Shown in pieces: positions 20,493 to 31,801 of a stretch of 64,000 bases of DNA (position 1 is the stretch's first letter; each line of letters opens with the position of its first letter). The stretch covers positions 704,001 through 768,000 of the forward strand of contig CAXVYR010000004.1 in NCBI GenBank assembly GCA_963666975.2, in the 5' to 3' direction. The notes under the pieces are model-generated. The model had not been told where the DNA came from. It did not search any database and worked only from the letters and a program-made list of their open reading frames with translations. Source of the DNA: Terriglobia bacterium (lineage in GTDB: Bacteria > Acidobacteriota > Terriglobia > 2-12-FULL-54-10). Made by a program: the position numbers and the translations under genes.

Positions 20493-23400
20493 TTAGAAAT
20501 AGAATTTGAGTCCCAGTTGGATCACCCGTGCTGGCCTTTCGGGATCAAGCACCTGGGTAGTCTCTCCGAACTGCCCGCTGTTGACGTCGTTGTTGGGGTC
20601 GTCAAACTGCGGGGTATTCCATGCGTTGAGGAACTCGAACCGAAGCTCAAACCGCTGCTGCTCGTCAATGTGGAACTCTTTGAACAGGGAAAGGTCCGAG
20701 TTGTGATGCCACCAGGAGCTAAGACTGCTGCTACCACAGTTGCCAAAGGTGAACACGGCAGGTTGAGCGAACGCAGGGCTGCCGGGAAACAATTGCGCAA
20801 ACCGCTCGACTGTCCTTGGGCCCGACGGATCGCCGAAACAGTCTGCTCTGGAAACGTGGCCTCCACCGGTCTGACTGGCATCGCTGGCGAAGATGGCGAT
20901 GGGGACTCCGCTCGTGGAACTGACAATCCAGTTGAACTGCCAGTTGCCCAACAGCCTGCCCGCAAGCCCCTTGTTCAACAATGGCTGCCCATGCCCAAAG
21001 GGTAACTCCCACACGCCGTTTGCCACGACGCGGTGCCGTTGGTCGAAGACCAGCCGGCCGTAGTCGGCGGCAAGATCGTGAGCGTTCTGTGGCCGGTCCA
21101 GGACAGTGCCGGGGCCGCCTGACAGGTTGTCGCCTACATTCCCCAATGCCTTTCCCCAGGTATAAGCGACGTTGAACGTGTATCCCCGCGAGAACCGCTT
21201 GCGCACGTTCACCTGAAGGGAATGGTAATTGCTGTTGCCGTCGCTCGCCGTAAAATTGCTGATGTCGGCAAAGTCCGGGAGGGGACGCACCGCCGGGCCG
21301 ACTCCAGGGGTCAGGATGATTCCCTGGTTGATGTTCCGCTGCTTGCGCAATTTGTGGTTTACCTGTCCCACGTAGGAGACATCCACCGCCAGGTTTGGGA
21401 AAACCTGGATCTCGGGCCCAAAGCTCCACTGCTGAGAATAGGGAGTGCGCGCGTTCATGTCGATGCCGCGAAGTTCCGCTTCGGCTGGGATAGCTCGGTC
21501 GGGACGGCGGGAAACTCGTCTCGAAGCAAAAAATCCCTATTCGGAACCATGGGGCCGATTCCCTGCGGGAAACTGGCGTCAATCACCTGGGGCGGGTTGA
21601 GCGGCAAAGTATCCCGGCTCCCCGCACGATCTTGCGCCTGGAAATAGACGCCGAATCCGCCGCGCAAGACGAACCGCTCCCTGGGGCTCCATGCGAAACC
21701 AACGCGAGGAGCAATGTTATCGCGGTCCGGGTGAACCAGAGATCGGGCAAACACACTTCTCCCCGACGGACCCAGGGTCAGACACGGGAAGGCCGCCAGG
21801 CAGGCCGGGGGTGTAAATTCTCCTTCAAAGGCGGTGACCACCCCTCCCCGGCCCCCGTTGGCGGCAGGGTCAAAGTTCGAGATCAGCCGGTCGCGCTCGA
21901 TCTTCGGCGTGAAGTACTCGTACCGGAGCCCGTAGCTGAGGGTGAAGGCGGGAGTCACTCGCCAGATGTCCTGGCCGTAGAACATCCATCCGTCGGTATA
22001 GGTGTGTGCCACCAACGGTGTAGTCACCTCGATCCTTTCCACCAAGCCCAGCAACAAGTTGGCGACTCCGTCACCGGTCCAAAAAACGGGAATGATGTAG
22101 CGGCCGTTAGGAGCCTTGATATCAAAGAAGGTGTTCAGGGCACGCTTGAATTCAAAACCAAACTTCATTTGGTGGGCGCCGCGGAAAATAGAAAGGTTGT
22201 CGAGGGCCTGCCACACCTGGGAGCGTGCGAATTGGGGACGCCATTCGGCGGTTCCCAGCAGACTGTATCCGGACACGCGAATCGGAGGCAGCCCGAAGGC
22301 TAAGGTGCCTGGCAAGCCCGTCAGTCCGAACTGCGGACCGGCGTCTCCCTTCTCGGCCAGCGGTTCCGAAGTGGAACGGATGAGGTTGAAACCGAAACGA
22401 GCCTCGTTCAGGATGGACGGGCTGAAAGTGTGAAGCCAGGAGAGCGACGCCAGTTGCCCCCGGACTTCGCTCTCGGCGCTGAAGCCTCCGGTGGCAATCG
22501 GATCGGGAAATGGTCCGCGCTCAACGATGGTGTCGACGTCGAGGAACGAATAGCTGCCGTAGAGATTGTCTCTGTCGGTAAGTCGATGATCGATGCGAAC
22601 GTCAAAGTGGCCCGCGTCAAGAGGAATTTCGGGTGCTGAAGTAAAACCGAACGTGCCCTGGTTTGGATCCGGGTATAGTTGCACCAGTGCCATGCCGGCA
22701 GGGTCGCCGCAGGGCCGTCCGTCTGTCCGTAAGGAGGCCAGGTTGATTACGTCATTCACCTCGTCCACACAACCCGCAAGCTCCGGAATCACATCGGATG
22801 GATCCCTCAGGTCCCGGACGCCTGCAAAGATCCCATTTTTCATTGCAGACGTCGGCACCGTACCGCTGGCGGTCCTGCCTTCTTTCGCATTGGTCAACTG
22901 ATAGTCCGCAAAAAAGAAGGTACGATCGCGCAGGATCGGCCCACCCAAAGCAAAGCCCGCCTGGTTGCGTTTTTGCTCGGGGGATTCCAGTGCGGCGCGG
23001 TTGACAAAGAAATCCGTTGCGTTCCAGTTGTCGTTGCGATGAAACCACCAACCGGAGCCGTGAAATGTGTTGGTGCCGGATTTGATTTCCGCGTTGACCA
23101 CACCTCCCACGGCCCAGCCAAAGTCGGCGGTATAAGTGCGCGTCTGGATTCGGAATTCGCGTAGCGCATCTGGCGGCGGAGAAACTACCTGGGGGCTTCG
23201 CTCCTGCGCGTTTTGTGTGTAGGTGTTATTATCCACTCCGTTCAATACAAAGTAGTTCTGAAGAGAGAAGTTGCCATTTACATTGATGCGGCCTTCGCGC
23301 GGATTGTCCCGAACTCCTGGAGCCGGCAGAACACCGGGGCTGAGCAGCATCAAGTCAACATAGCGCCGACCGTCGAGCGGCAAGTCGAGAATTCTGTTGT

Positions 23401-23812
23401 TCTCAACCAAGGAAGCCACATCCGCAGATCCGGGTTGGATCAATGGTTGTGCTGCCGTTACCTCAAGCACTTCGTGCACGGGACCTGGTTGCATCACGAA
23501 ATCGACTGTTAGGCGGTCGTTCACATGCAAAACAAGACCAGTGCGAATGGAGGTCTGAAATCCGGATGCTTCAGCACGAATCTGGTATGGGCCGGCTCGC
23601 AAATTGGGTGCAACATACACCCCAACCTCGTTCGTCATTACCTCAGTCGCAACCCGCAACTCCCCATGAGTTATCGTTATCTTAGCTCCCGGAATAACGG
23701 CTTCGGTTGAATCCGACACAATGCCCGCAATCACTCCGGCGTTGGTCTGGGCATTCGATACGGGTGCCACAATCAAGCCCAAACATACCGCTATTGCCCA
23801 CCAATACAACAT
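20493..23812 (-). pseudogene. Oar-like TonB-dependent receptor, frameshift near 21488
   Basis: Signal peptide, LPLDGRRY, KSGTN, APRVGFAW in ORF1; C-terminal RVIQLGLKFYF in a second frame. Confidence 0.85.
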
Positions 23813-24361
23813 TGATTTCCCTCAAGAGGCCTCAACTGGTATTTTCCAGCTACGATTTGCCAGGATGGACTGATGCAACCTGATCAATTCGCTCACACAT
23901 CGTGGATGAGGATTTCCGATTTGGGTTTCCTCACACCGCCAGTGTAGTTGTGAAGCCTGTCTGCCGCAACTGCCCAGCCCGATATTTTGTGCCAGTGACA
24001 GTGAGAGTCTGCATCACAACCTGGGACTGTGAAACTGGATTCCAGACAGGGCTGTGACTTCCCGATGCCGATGGCTGATAGCCAAGTGCCTGCCACTTAG
24101 CTGATGAGTCGGTTTACTGGAGAAGTGATCGCCCTCCCTGGAACTCAGTCCAGGAGGCAAGTCCCAGATTATTCCCCATACGTCGCCTACTGTTTATCGG
24201 CGAATCCGCAGGTCAATCCGAAGTTCTGCCCGAATGACGGCGTACTCGGAAACAATTCGCTGATTCCGGTGCAGTGGGATCGACGCTCTCGTCAGAATCC
24301 TGCAAAGCGGTCCCCAAGTCCGGTTCTGGGAAGAGTCGATCTCGCACAGCAACGGCGATAG

Positions 24362-24440
24362 ATCCTCTGTAACGCCGTACTGGTGAGTAATCCTGCCCGC
24401 CGGATAGGTCGCCACTAGGCGACTAGGCGGGACCTATCTC
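24362..24440 (+). repeat. Dispersed repeat family copy
   Basis: GAGTAATCCTGCCCGCCGGATAGGT identical to 17169-17193, then CGCCACTAGGCGACTAG. Confidence 0.7.
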
Positions 24441-24473
24441 CGCGAACGTTGTCCGAAGAAGTTGGGCCGGATG

Positions 24474-24604
24474 GACCACTTGTCCGGATTGCCGACTATC
24501 CCTCCATTGAGGCTGGCAGCTACACGCGGTGCTGGGCTATAGACCCCCGGCGACCACTTGTCCGGATTGCCGACTATCCCTCCGATGCTGGGCTATAGAC
24601 CCCC
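24474..24604 (+). repeat. Imperfect tandem duplication
   Basis: GACCACTTGTCCGGATTGCCGACTATCCCTCC twice and TGCTGGGCTATAGACCCCC twice. Confidence 0.85.
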
Positions 24605-24799
24605 GGGCCTGTAATCCCTTCCTTCCCCCAAAACCAGTTTCACAACCCCGGGCTGTAATGTAAACTCTTTCAGTCACGCTGGCACAAAAGATCGGTCTGG
24701 TCACCCCTGGTTGACGGGCCAGTGGCTGGGTCGCCGAGCATGGCCGCTGTACTCGATTGCCTGACAGACCGTTACCCGGAGAACGGAGCCTCCTCAGAT

Positions 24800-27700
24800 A
24801 TGACCCGACCGCGCACGACCTACGCGCTGGACCTGGACACGTCGTCCTTCGTCGTCGAGGAGTACAACTGGGCGCCCGCGTTCTCGAACTTCCTCCCCGG
24901 TATCGCCGGGGCGTGGGGGATCCCGCTGTGGGCGTATTACGTCAACCGCGGACAAGCGATGACCTCCGTGGGCGTTCGCGACAAAGACGGGCAGATCCTC
25001 GAGTTCTACTCGCTGAATAAGGCCGTGATGCGTATCGAGCGCGAGGGCTTCCGGACGTTCGTTCGGATCGACGGCGGGCCCGTGTACGAGCCCTTCCGCA
25101 GAACCGAGCGCAACGGTATCTCGCAGACGATGATCATCTCCTCGGCGGAACTGGTCCTGCGTGAGCGGAACGATCCCCTGGGCCTCGAGATCGAAGTCGT
25201 GTACTTCACGCTGCCGAACCTGCCCGTGGCGGCCATGGCGCGGCAGGTGCGCCTGCGCAACCTCGCGGCCCAACGCCGGCGCGTCGAGTGGCTCGACGGC
25301 GCCGCGCGGATCATCCCCTTCGGCGTGGGGCTCGAGCGCAGCAAGGCAATTCCGCGTCATATCGAAGCGATGATGGGCGTGTGGAACGTTCACGGCGTCC
25401 CCCTGTTCCGACTCAAGCAGAAGCCCGAGGATCTTGCGCAGGTGGGCAGCCTCTCGGGGGGGCATTTCTACCTTGCGGCCGGTACCCGGCTCGGCCAGGG
25501 GCTCGTCGTCGACCCGGATGCAGTGTTTGGCGACGAGATCAGCCGCGACCACCCCTGGCGGTTCGAACGCGAGGGTGCGCCTGGCGTCCTCGCCGCCACG
25601 GCGTACCACGACAACAAGACGCCCGCAGCGTTTGTCGTTCGAGCGGACCAGCTGGCCGCCGGCGCCGAGGTCACGCAGAGTTCCGTGTTGGGCCATGTCC
25701 CGCGTGACGCGGACCTACTACCGCTTTTGTCGGCTATGCGGAGCCAGGACTTTTTCCATCGCAAGCGCTCCGAGAATGCCCGAGAGGTTGCCGAGATCGC
25801 GGGTCGTTGCTTCACTGTCTCGTCATCGCCCACGTTCGACGCCTACGCGCAGCAGAACTTCCTTGACAACGTCGTCCGTGGCGGCATGCCCAGGGTGTTT
25901 CAGACAGCGCGCGGTCCTAGCGCCTGTTACCTGTTCGGCCGCCGGCATGGTGGCTTGGAGCGCGACTACCACCACTTCGTCGTCGAACCCACCTATCTGT
26001 CGCAGGGAAATGGGTTCTACCGGGACGTGCTCCAGAACCGGCGGAGCGACACGTTCTTCTTCCCGGAAGTCGAAGACGCCAACCTGGTCACGTTTCTCAA
26101 CCTGTCGCAGTTGGATGGTTATAACCCGCTCGGTGTCGACGAGGTGACCTACCGCGTGGCGGACCAAGCGGCCCTTGGGGGATGGCTGCGGCGCAACGTC
26201 TCCTCTGCACCGGTCCGCGCCGACCTGCGCCGCTGGATGCAGAAGTCGTTCAGCCCGGGCCAGCTCGTGATGTGGCTCGAGGCAGGCACGGGCCGTCCGG
26301 TGCGCGATCGTGAGCGGGTCACCCGGGAGGTTCTGGCGTTCTGCGCTCAGAACGAGGTCGGCAGCCTGCACGAGGGCTTCTGGTCGGACCACTGGCACTA
26401 CAACTTCGACCTGCTGGACGCGATCCTGATGGTCTTTCCCGATCGCCTCGAGGACCTGCTGGTCGGGCGCCGCGTCTACACGTTCTTCGACGATCCGGAT
26501 GTCGTTCTGCCGCGGTCGGAGAAGACGGTGGCGGTCGGGGCGAAGATTCGTTGCTACGGCACCGTGATCCGAGACGGTGAAAAGGAGCGCTATATCCGGG
26601 CCCGGAAACACGATCCCTACACAGTTCGGACGCGGTACGGTCGCGGGACGATCTACAGGACGACGCTGCTCGTTAAATTGCTGTGCCTCGTCACGAACCG
26701 GCTCGGCACGCTCGATCCGGCCGGCACCGGCATCGAGATGGAGGCCGGCAAGCCGGGGTGGAACGATGCGCTCAACGGTCTGCCGGGCCTCTTCGGGTCC
26801 GGGCTCTCGGAGCTGCTCGAGCTGCGACGGGCGCTCCGGTTCATGCGAGACGCGCTCGACCGGATCGGCCGTCCAGCGTCCGAGACGTTACCCGTTTACG
26901 AGGAGCTCGCCGGGTTCGTGCGCACCCTGCGGCGAATCATTCGGCGCCGCCTGCGGTCACGCGCCGAGGGCGCGGCCTTTCGCTACTGGGACTCGGCCAA
27001 CACTGTCAAGGAACGCTACCGAGACCAAACTCGGCTCGGTGTCTCGGGTCTCACGGTCGACTTGTCGTTCCGCGAAATCCGCGGCTTCCTTGCGGACGCC
27101 GGGACGTTGCTCGACGCCACATTCCGACGCCCCACCCGCGCACAGGTGATGTCGCCCGGCGGCGTTCCGTACACCTACTTCCTCAACGAGATCGTCAAAC
27201 ATCGGCCGCTGTCTCGCCGGAACCATCAGGGATTCCCGCTGGTCAAGGCCGTGGGCTTCCGGCAGCGTCCGGTGAGGCTGTTCCTGGAAGGGGCGGTCCA
27301 CTGGATGAAGGACCGCCCCGAGGAAGCTGCAGACATCTACCGCGCCGTGCGCCGCTCAGGGGTCTTCGACCGCAAGCTCGCAATGTACAAAACGTCTGAG
27401 GACATGACGGGAGAGACGACCGAGCTGGGGCGTTCCGTCGGTGCTTATCCGCGCGGTTGGATCGAGAACGAGTCGATCTACCTGCACATGCACTATAAAT
27501 ATCTGCTCGAGGTGCTTCGGGCCGGGTTGTATGCGGAGTTCTGGAAGGACGCTCGGACCGGGCTGATCCCCTTCCTCGATCCAGCGGTCTACGGGCGGAG
27601 TACGCTTGAGGGGGCATCGTTCGTGGTTTCGAGCGCCTATCCCGACGAGCGGTTTCACGGCCGCGCCTTCCAACCGCGCCTGTCGGGCATGACCACGGAG

Positions 27701-28096
27701 TTCATCAGCATGTGGCTTCTGGCACTGGTCGGCTCACAGCCCTTCCGCGTGGCCACGAACGGAAACCTGACGCTGACCCTCGAGCCGCGGCTACCCGATT
27801 GGCTGTTCACCGAGCGCCAGACGAAGCGTCGGTACCACGACCCGCTGGATGGCTGGGGCGAGGTGAGCGTCCCGAAGGACGGTCTGGCGTTCAAGTTGCT
27901 GGGCCGCGTCCTTGTGGTGTATCGAAACCCGCGGCGTCGACCGACGTGGGGAGCCCGCGGGGTGCAGCCGATCGCGTACCGGCTCGAGTACCGCAGCGGA
28001 CAGGTTGTCGAGCTCGGCTGCGCCACGGTCGCTGGTGCGCACGCCGAGGCTGTGCGCGAAGGTGCGGTCCGCCGCATCGACGTCACGCTTCGGTAG
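24800..28096 (+). CDS. Large glycoside phosphorylase, GH161/GH94-like (beta-glucan phosphorylase)
   Basis: FLPGIAGAWGIPLWAYYVNRGQ, ERDY, SQGNGFYRDV, MEAGKPGWNDALNGLPGLFGSG, ENESIYLHM; ~1100 aa. Confidence 0.7.
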   Translation: MTRPRTTYALDLDTSSFVVEEYNWAPAFSNFLPGIAGAWGIPLWAYYVNRGQAMTSVGVRDKDGQILEFYSLNKAVMRIEREGFRTFVRIDGGPVYEPFRRTERNGISQTMIISSAELVLRERNDPLGLEIEVVYFTLPNLPVAAMARQVRLRNLAAQRRRVEWLDGAARIIPFGVGLERSKAIPRHIEAMMGVWNVHGVPLFRLKQKPEDLAQVGSLSGGHFYLAAGTRLGQGLVVDPDAVFGDEISRDHPWRFEREGAPGVLAATAYHDNKTPAAFVVRADQLAAGAEVTQSSVLGHVPRDADLLPLLSAMRSQDFFHRKRSENAREVAEIAGRCFTVSSSPTFDAYAQQNFLDNVVRGGMPRVFQTARGPSACYLFGRRHGGLERDYHHFVVEPTYLSQGNGFYRDVLQNRRSDTFFFPEVEDANLVTFLNLSQLDGYNPLGVDEVTYRVADQAALGGWLRRNVSSAPVRADLRRWMQKSFSPGQLVMWLEAGTGRPVRDRERVTREVLAFCAQNEVGSLHEGFWSDHWHYNFDLLDAILMVFPDRLEDLLVGRRVYTFFDDPDVVLPRSEKTVAVGAKIRCYGTVIRDGEKERYIRARKHDPYTVRTRYGRGTIYRTTLLVKLLCLVTNRLGTLDPAGTGIEMEAGKPGWNDALNGLPGLFGSGLSELLELRRALRFMRDALDRIGRPASETLPVYEELAGFVRTLRRIIRRRLRSRAEGAAFRYWDSANTVKERYRDQTRLGVSGLTVDLSFREIRGFLADAGTLLDATFRRPTRAQVMSPGGVPYTYFLNEIVKHRPLSRRNHQGFPLVKAVGFRQRPVRLFLEGAVHWMKDRPEEAADIYRAVRRSGVFDRKLAMYKTSEDMTGETTELGRSVGAYPRGWIENESIYLHMHYKYLLEVLRAGLYAEFWKDARTGLIPFLDPAVYGRSTLEGASFVVSSAYPDERFHGRAFQPRLSGMTTEFISMWLLALVGSQPFRVATNGNLTLTLEPRLPDWLFTERQTKRRYHDPLDGWGEVSVPKDGLAFKLLGRVLVVYRNPRRRPTWGARGVQPIAYRLEYRSGQVVELGCATVAGAHAEAVREGAVRRIDVTLR

Positions 28097-28159
28097 GCGC
28101 TCACAATCCCGCCGCCGGCGGCCAGGTGGCAGTGGGATCGCCGTAGGTCGTCGCAAACA

Positions 28160-28222
28160 TGGCGAGGGAGAAGGATTTGACCCCCCCGACACGGTTTGCC
28201 GTCTAACGGTTTTCAAAACCGC
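28160..28222 (-). tRNA. Degenerate 3' part of tRNA-Ser(TGA), att-like relic
   Basis: GCGGT-TTTGAAA-ACCGT anticodon arm, long variable arm, mutated T-loop, ends CGCCA; no D arm or 5' stem. Confidence 0.6.
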
Positions 28223-28310
28223 GACATATCAGGCGGAGTCAAGAACCGCTGACTGTCGAGAAGCCATACACGAGATTTGACGAAGCCTTTATGAAGGCCC
28301 GCTGGCACGC

Positions 28311-28436
28311 GATATTTCCTCGGACGGACGACGCTTCCTGGCCGTCCAGCCCGTTGACCAGGAACAGCCTGCAACCAAAATCAACGTCGTCCTCAACTGG
28401 TTCGAGGAACTGAAAGAGAAAGTGCCAGTGCAGTAA
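28311..28436 (+). pseudogene. C-terminal tail of a kinase/PD40 beta-propeller protein
   Basis: DISSDGRRFL...INVVLNWFEELKEKVP*. Confidence 0.65.
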
Positions 28437-28568
28437 CCCACCCACAGACCCCCGAGAGTAGCCCCCTCCCCAGCTTCCCGAAACTGCCTCACAATCGATT
28501 CGTTCCCGCTTCCGAGGCAGCCCCCAGCAGAACAACCCTCAGTGGACCTGTCCGTGGCGATTCCCCAT

Positions 28569-28600
28569 GTGTAACGGCGAAGTGTTTACCTATTCGGCGC
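28569..28600 (-). repeat. Dispersed repeat family copy
   Basis: Reverse complement CGCCGAATAGGTAAACACTTCGCCGTTAC. Confidence 0.65.
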
Positions 28601-28776
28601 CAGTGGCCGGCCTTGCGGAATCTGGCTCTCCGAAAAGGTAGATTGTCGCCTTACCCCTACCCCCTGTATCAAAGGGTCCCAAACCGTGGCTTGCCAACCC
28701 ATTGAAAAATCAAGAGAGCCGTCTGCGGTTTTGTGCTGTATTAAACCATGTGGTTTAATGGCGAATGGAATTTCTC

Positions 28777-28812
28777 AAGAAAAAGAGCCAACGCGGAGCT
28801 GGCTCTTTATTT
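28777..28812 (-). terminator. Putative intrinsic terminator
   Basis: AAAGAGCCA...TGGCTCTTT hairpin with T tract downstream of the DUF3891 gene. Confidence 0.5.
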
Positions 28813-28876
28813 TTGGGTGTGTTTTTTTCTGCCTTTTGGCGTGATTTATTTGTTTTCAAAGAACGGTGTCGGAGTC

Positions 28877-29785
28877 CTACGCCGAGCAGTACTCAAACCG
28901 GATCGGTTGTTTGCTCTTTGAGTGCCACCAGGACTGGAAGTGCGCTGAGGGTTCGACCGGCCAGTCAAGAATTCGAGCGGACACAATAACCGGCAGAGGG
29001 TCAACATTAAACGGGTACGGTTCGCAAACAATACGTCGTTCACTTACTGGTTTCACTTTAATCGTCACTCGGTCCTCCCAGCTTCGCCGAGGAACTTCGA
29101 GCAGGTCGAACCCATCCTCGCCCAGTCCTTTCGCGTTGCCTGAACGGGCCGGGAGGAGCGGGGAGCACAGTGACAGCGACAGCCCATCCAAGAGTTGGAG
29201 CAGTCGAACATGCGGGTTTAAATGTTCCGTATCGACCCAGGCCGCGCAAGCTGGGTCTTTCCGAAGCCGTGCAGTTAACTCGTCCTGTATTTCTTTGAAT
29301 TCGCCAACAAAACTACGAGCAGTGTCGAGTTTATCCCCCATAAGGTGCGTTGACGAACCTTTCCAGAACAACGGATGAGTAAATGCCGGGTCCGGGTCGG
29401 TTTGACATCCGTGGTTATAGAGCCAATACGCATGGAAACTGATGAGCAGACTCACATACGGATGCTTTGGGCTGAAGCGAGGAATTCCGAGTCGCCACCG
29501 ATTCATGGCATCTTGCTGGTTCTTCAGCACATCAATAAGATCCAACGGAAGACCATCGACCACGGAAAGTTCGGGAGTAGCTTCCCATTCCCACCAGCCG
29601 TTGTCGTGCTGGGCAATGGCCAACACTGTCTCGGCCCGTAACCGCTCGGGATCACCCGAGTTGGCGAAGTGTCCAGGACGGGCAAACTCGTCGTTCCCCC
29701 AATTGGCAGCCAGAAGCCCTGCGACTTCAGCATGGTCTGGCTGGCTAACCAACCACATCTTTTTATCTCGCTGAGTTTTGAACAT
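28877..29785 (-). CDS. DUF3891 family protein
   Basis: VSQPDHAEVAG...WGN...AIAQHDNGWWEWE, LLISFH, DGLSLSLC, PYPF. Confidence 0.8.
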   Translation of the reverse strand: MFKTQRDKKMWLVSQPDHAEVAGLLAANWGNDEFARPGHFANSGDPERLRAETVLAIAQHDNGWWEWEATPELSVVDGLPLDLIDVLKNQQDAMNRWRLGIPRFSPKHPYVSLLISFHAYWLYNHGCQTDPDPAFTHPLFWKGSSTHLMGDKLDTARSFVGEFKEIQDELTARLRKDPACAAWVDTEHLNPHVRLLQLLDGLSLSLCSPLLPARSGNAKGLGEDGFDLLEVPRRSWEDRVTIKVKPVSERRIVCEPYPFNVDPLPVIVSARILDWPVEPSAHFQSWWHSKSKQPIRFEYCSA

Positions 29786-29814
29786 AGTGTCCTCCGTTGC
29801 TTATTCAGAGTTAA

Positions 29815-31475
29815 GCCGGAATTAGTTTTTTGGCCTTCCGGCGGTTTCGAGAATACGGTCCTTAGCCTTCAATGCAGCCCTTCCAGCGCAGTGTTTTCTC
29901 CGAGATGCTGCCCGCGGCTCTCAGCCGCCCTTTTCGGGTCCCCGAAAACCATCGGCTCGGCTTCCAGAACCAGCTTTTTCAGACAACTCTCCATTCCTGG
30001 GGGATATCGGAATCGTTTTCTTGGGTGCCGCTGCATGAGCTATCCCGACGGAAGCGGCAGCCCATCGATCCGCCCCAGCATACTGGCAAACAGCCGCCGA
30101 GTCAGATGGTTCTCTGCCAAAAGCAGCCAGTAATAGCGCGCATGCTTCACCAGCCGTCCTCCCGTTTTCACCAACCGCTGCTGCAGGCTCGTCAAGGACC
30201 AGTGCCCGATCCTCTGCGGCAATACCAGCCGCCGCCACAGGTTGCCCAGGTTATAGGCGATGATGGTGAGCCACAGCCGCACCTCGTTGGATCGAAACCG
30301 ATGGCAACTCAGCCGCGTCATCTTCACTGCCTGCTTGCCCTCTTTGATCCATTGCTCAGCCGTCCCGCGCTTGTTGTAGAACCGTACCACCGCCCGACTC
30401 GGCAGGGTCAGATTCGTCACGATGAAACCCACTCGCGGAAACAGCTCTCCCTGGTGATGTTCCACCTTGGCAACGACCCGTCTCGCTTTGCTCCAACTCG
30501 CTGCTTGATAGAGAAAGCCCTTGTACTCTACCAACGTCTTCACACTGGGTCTTCCCACCGGACGCGGCAACAGTTCGGCGATATCCCGTTGCAGGTTCTC
30601 GTTCGCGGGTATGCGGATGGCGTACTTCACGCTCCGCTCTTCCAGGGCCTCGAAGACCTCTGGCTTGGCAAAGGCCGCGTCGGCCCGAACCGCGACTTCT
30701 TTTCCCATTCGCTGCTGCCGTTCAATCTCCGGCAAGAGGAACTCTTCCCATCCCTCAGCACTGTGAACGTTGCCAGGACGGAGCTTGCCCGCCAGACAAT
30801 CGCCGCCTCCATTGAACAACAGCAGCGGGTGATAACAGGTGGACTCAAAATGCCCGTGGTAGGCGCTATCCTCCTGTTCGCCGTAGACCGGAATCTCGGT
30901 CGAATCCATGTCCAACACTGTTCGGTGCGGCGAATCGATCCCTTCTGCCTTGCCGATCAGCTCCCGGTTTACCCGTGCCAGCCCCGCGAAGGTCCCCTCC
31001 TCAGCCAGGAGTTCCGTCTCGAAGGTTTGCAACCGGGATGGCAGTGCTGCCCCTCGATCCCAATTCTTCTCGGAACCGATCAGCCGGAAGGTCGGATCTT
31101 GGGAGAGTTTCTCGGCATCGTTCACATCCTCGTATCCAGCCAGGCGACTGTACACGGACTGCCGTAGCAGGTCCGCGAGGGGCAACCGTGTGTTCTTCCC
31201 CCGAGGATCGGCTAGGTGCTGCTTGATGAGTTCACCGAATCCCAATCGTTCGTCCAACTCCCGCACCAGAATCAACCCTCCGTTGGAGGTGACCCTCGAT
31301 CCGTGGAAAGCGACCTTCAACGAGGCATTAAAAGTGAGTTGAAATGGCTGATTTTGTCTCTCACCCATTCGGTGTGAACCTCCGGAAGGGAATGTTGCTG
31401 CTCGAACCAGCATCAATATTGACGTTGGAGGTTAGCAGAAGGTTGCTTCTACGATTTCAAACTGGAAATGCGGGG
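29815..31475 (-). mobile_element. IS1380-family element
   Basis: Ends CCGGAATTAG / GGAAATGCGGGG flanked by TTAA on both sides. Confidence 0.8.
30040..31368 (-). CDS. IS1380-family transposase
   Basis: VTSNGGL, GYEDVND, LDMDST, CYHPL, VRADAAF, YNKRGTAEQWIKEGK. Confidence 0.92.
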   Translation of the reverse strand: MGERQNQPFQLTFNASLKVAFHGSRVTSNGGLILVRELDERLGFGELIKQHLADPRGKNTRLPLADLLRQSVYSRLAGYEDVNDAEKLSQDPTFRLIGSEKNWDRGAALPSRLQTFETELLAEEGTFAGLARVNRELIGKAEGIDSPHRTVLDMDSTEIPVYGEQEDSAYHGHFESTCYHPLLLFNGGGDCLAGKLRPGNVHSAEGWEEFLLPEIERQQRMGKEVAVRADAAFAKPEVFEALEERSVKYAIRIPANENLQRDIAELLPRPVGRPSVKTLVEYKGFLYQAASWSKARRVVAKVEHHQGELFPRVGFIVTNLTLPSRAVVRFYNKRGTAEQWIKEGKQAVKMTRLSCHRFRSNEVRLWLTIIAYNLGNLWRRLVLPQRIGHWSLTSLQQRLVKTGGRLVKHARYYWLLLAENHLTRRLFASMLGRIDGLPLPSG

Positions 31476-31589
31476 TTAATAATATCTCTCGGCATTTTCA
31501 TGATTGGATTGGCTTGGAAGGCATGAACGCAGTGACGAGTGATAAAGTGATAAGAGGAGACAGAAGGCAGAGGTCAGGAGTCAGAATGA

Positions 31590-31752
31590 AAAGCAGATCC
31601 CCCTCGGCAATCCCTCGGCTTCGCTCGGGACATGGCTCGGGGCAGGCTTTCGCGGAGTTTACCCTGAGCAACGCCGAAGGGCTCAGGATGACCGCCCGCA
31701 GGGCGGTCAATCCGAGCCGCGACCTCTTCGGCTTCGCTCAGGGCAGGCTGTG
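31590..31752. repeat. REP-like palindromic repeat cluster
   Basis: CTTCGCTC(A/G)GG..., CCCTGAGC-AACGCCGAAGG-GCTCAGG hairpins. Confidence 0.5.
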
Positions 31753-31801
31753 AGGGAGCGGTCAAAAATGATGAGAAAAGTGAGGAGCCAAGAGTTAGAA
31801 T

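Noticed and set aside
24474-24604. Possible mini CRISPR array
   Set aside because: Only two units and the intervening sequence is itself partly duplicated, so a simple tandem duplication
29872-31167. 431-aa plus-strand ORF
   Set aside because: Antisense shadow of the IS1380 transposase
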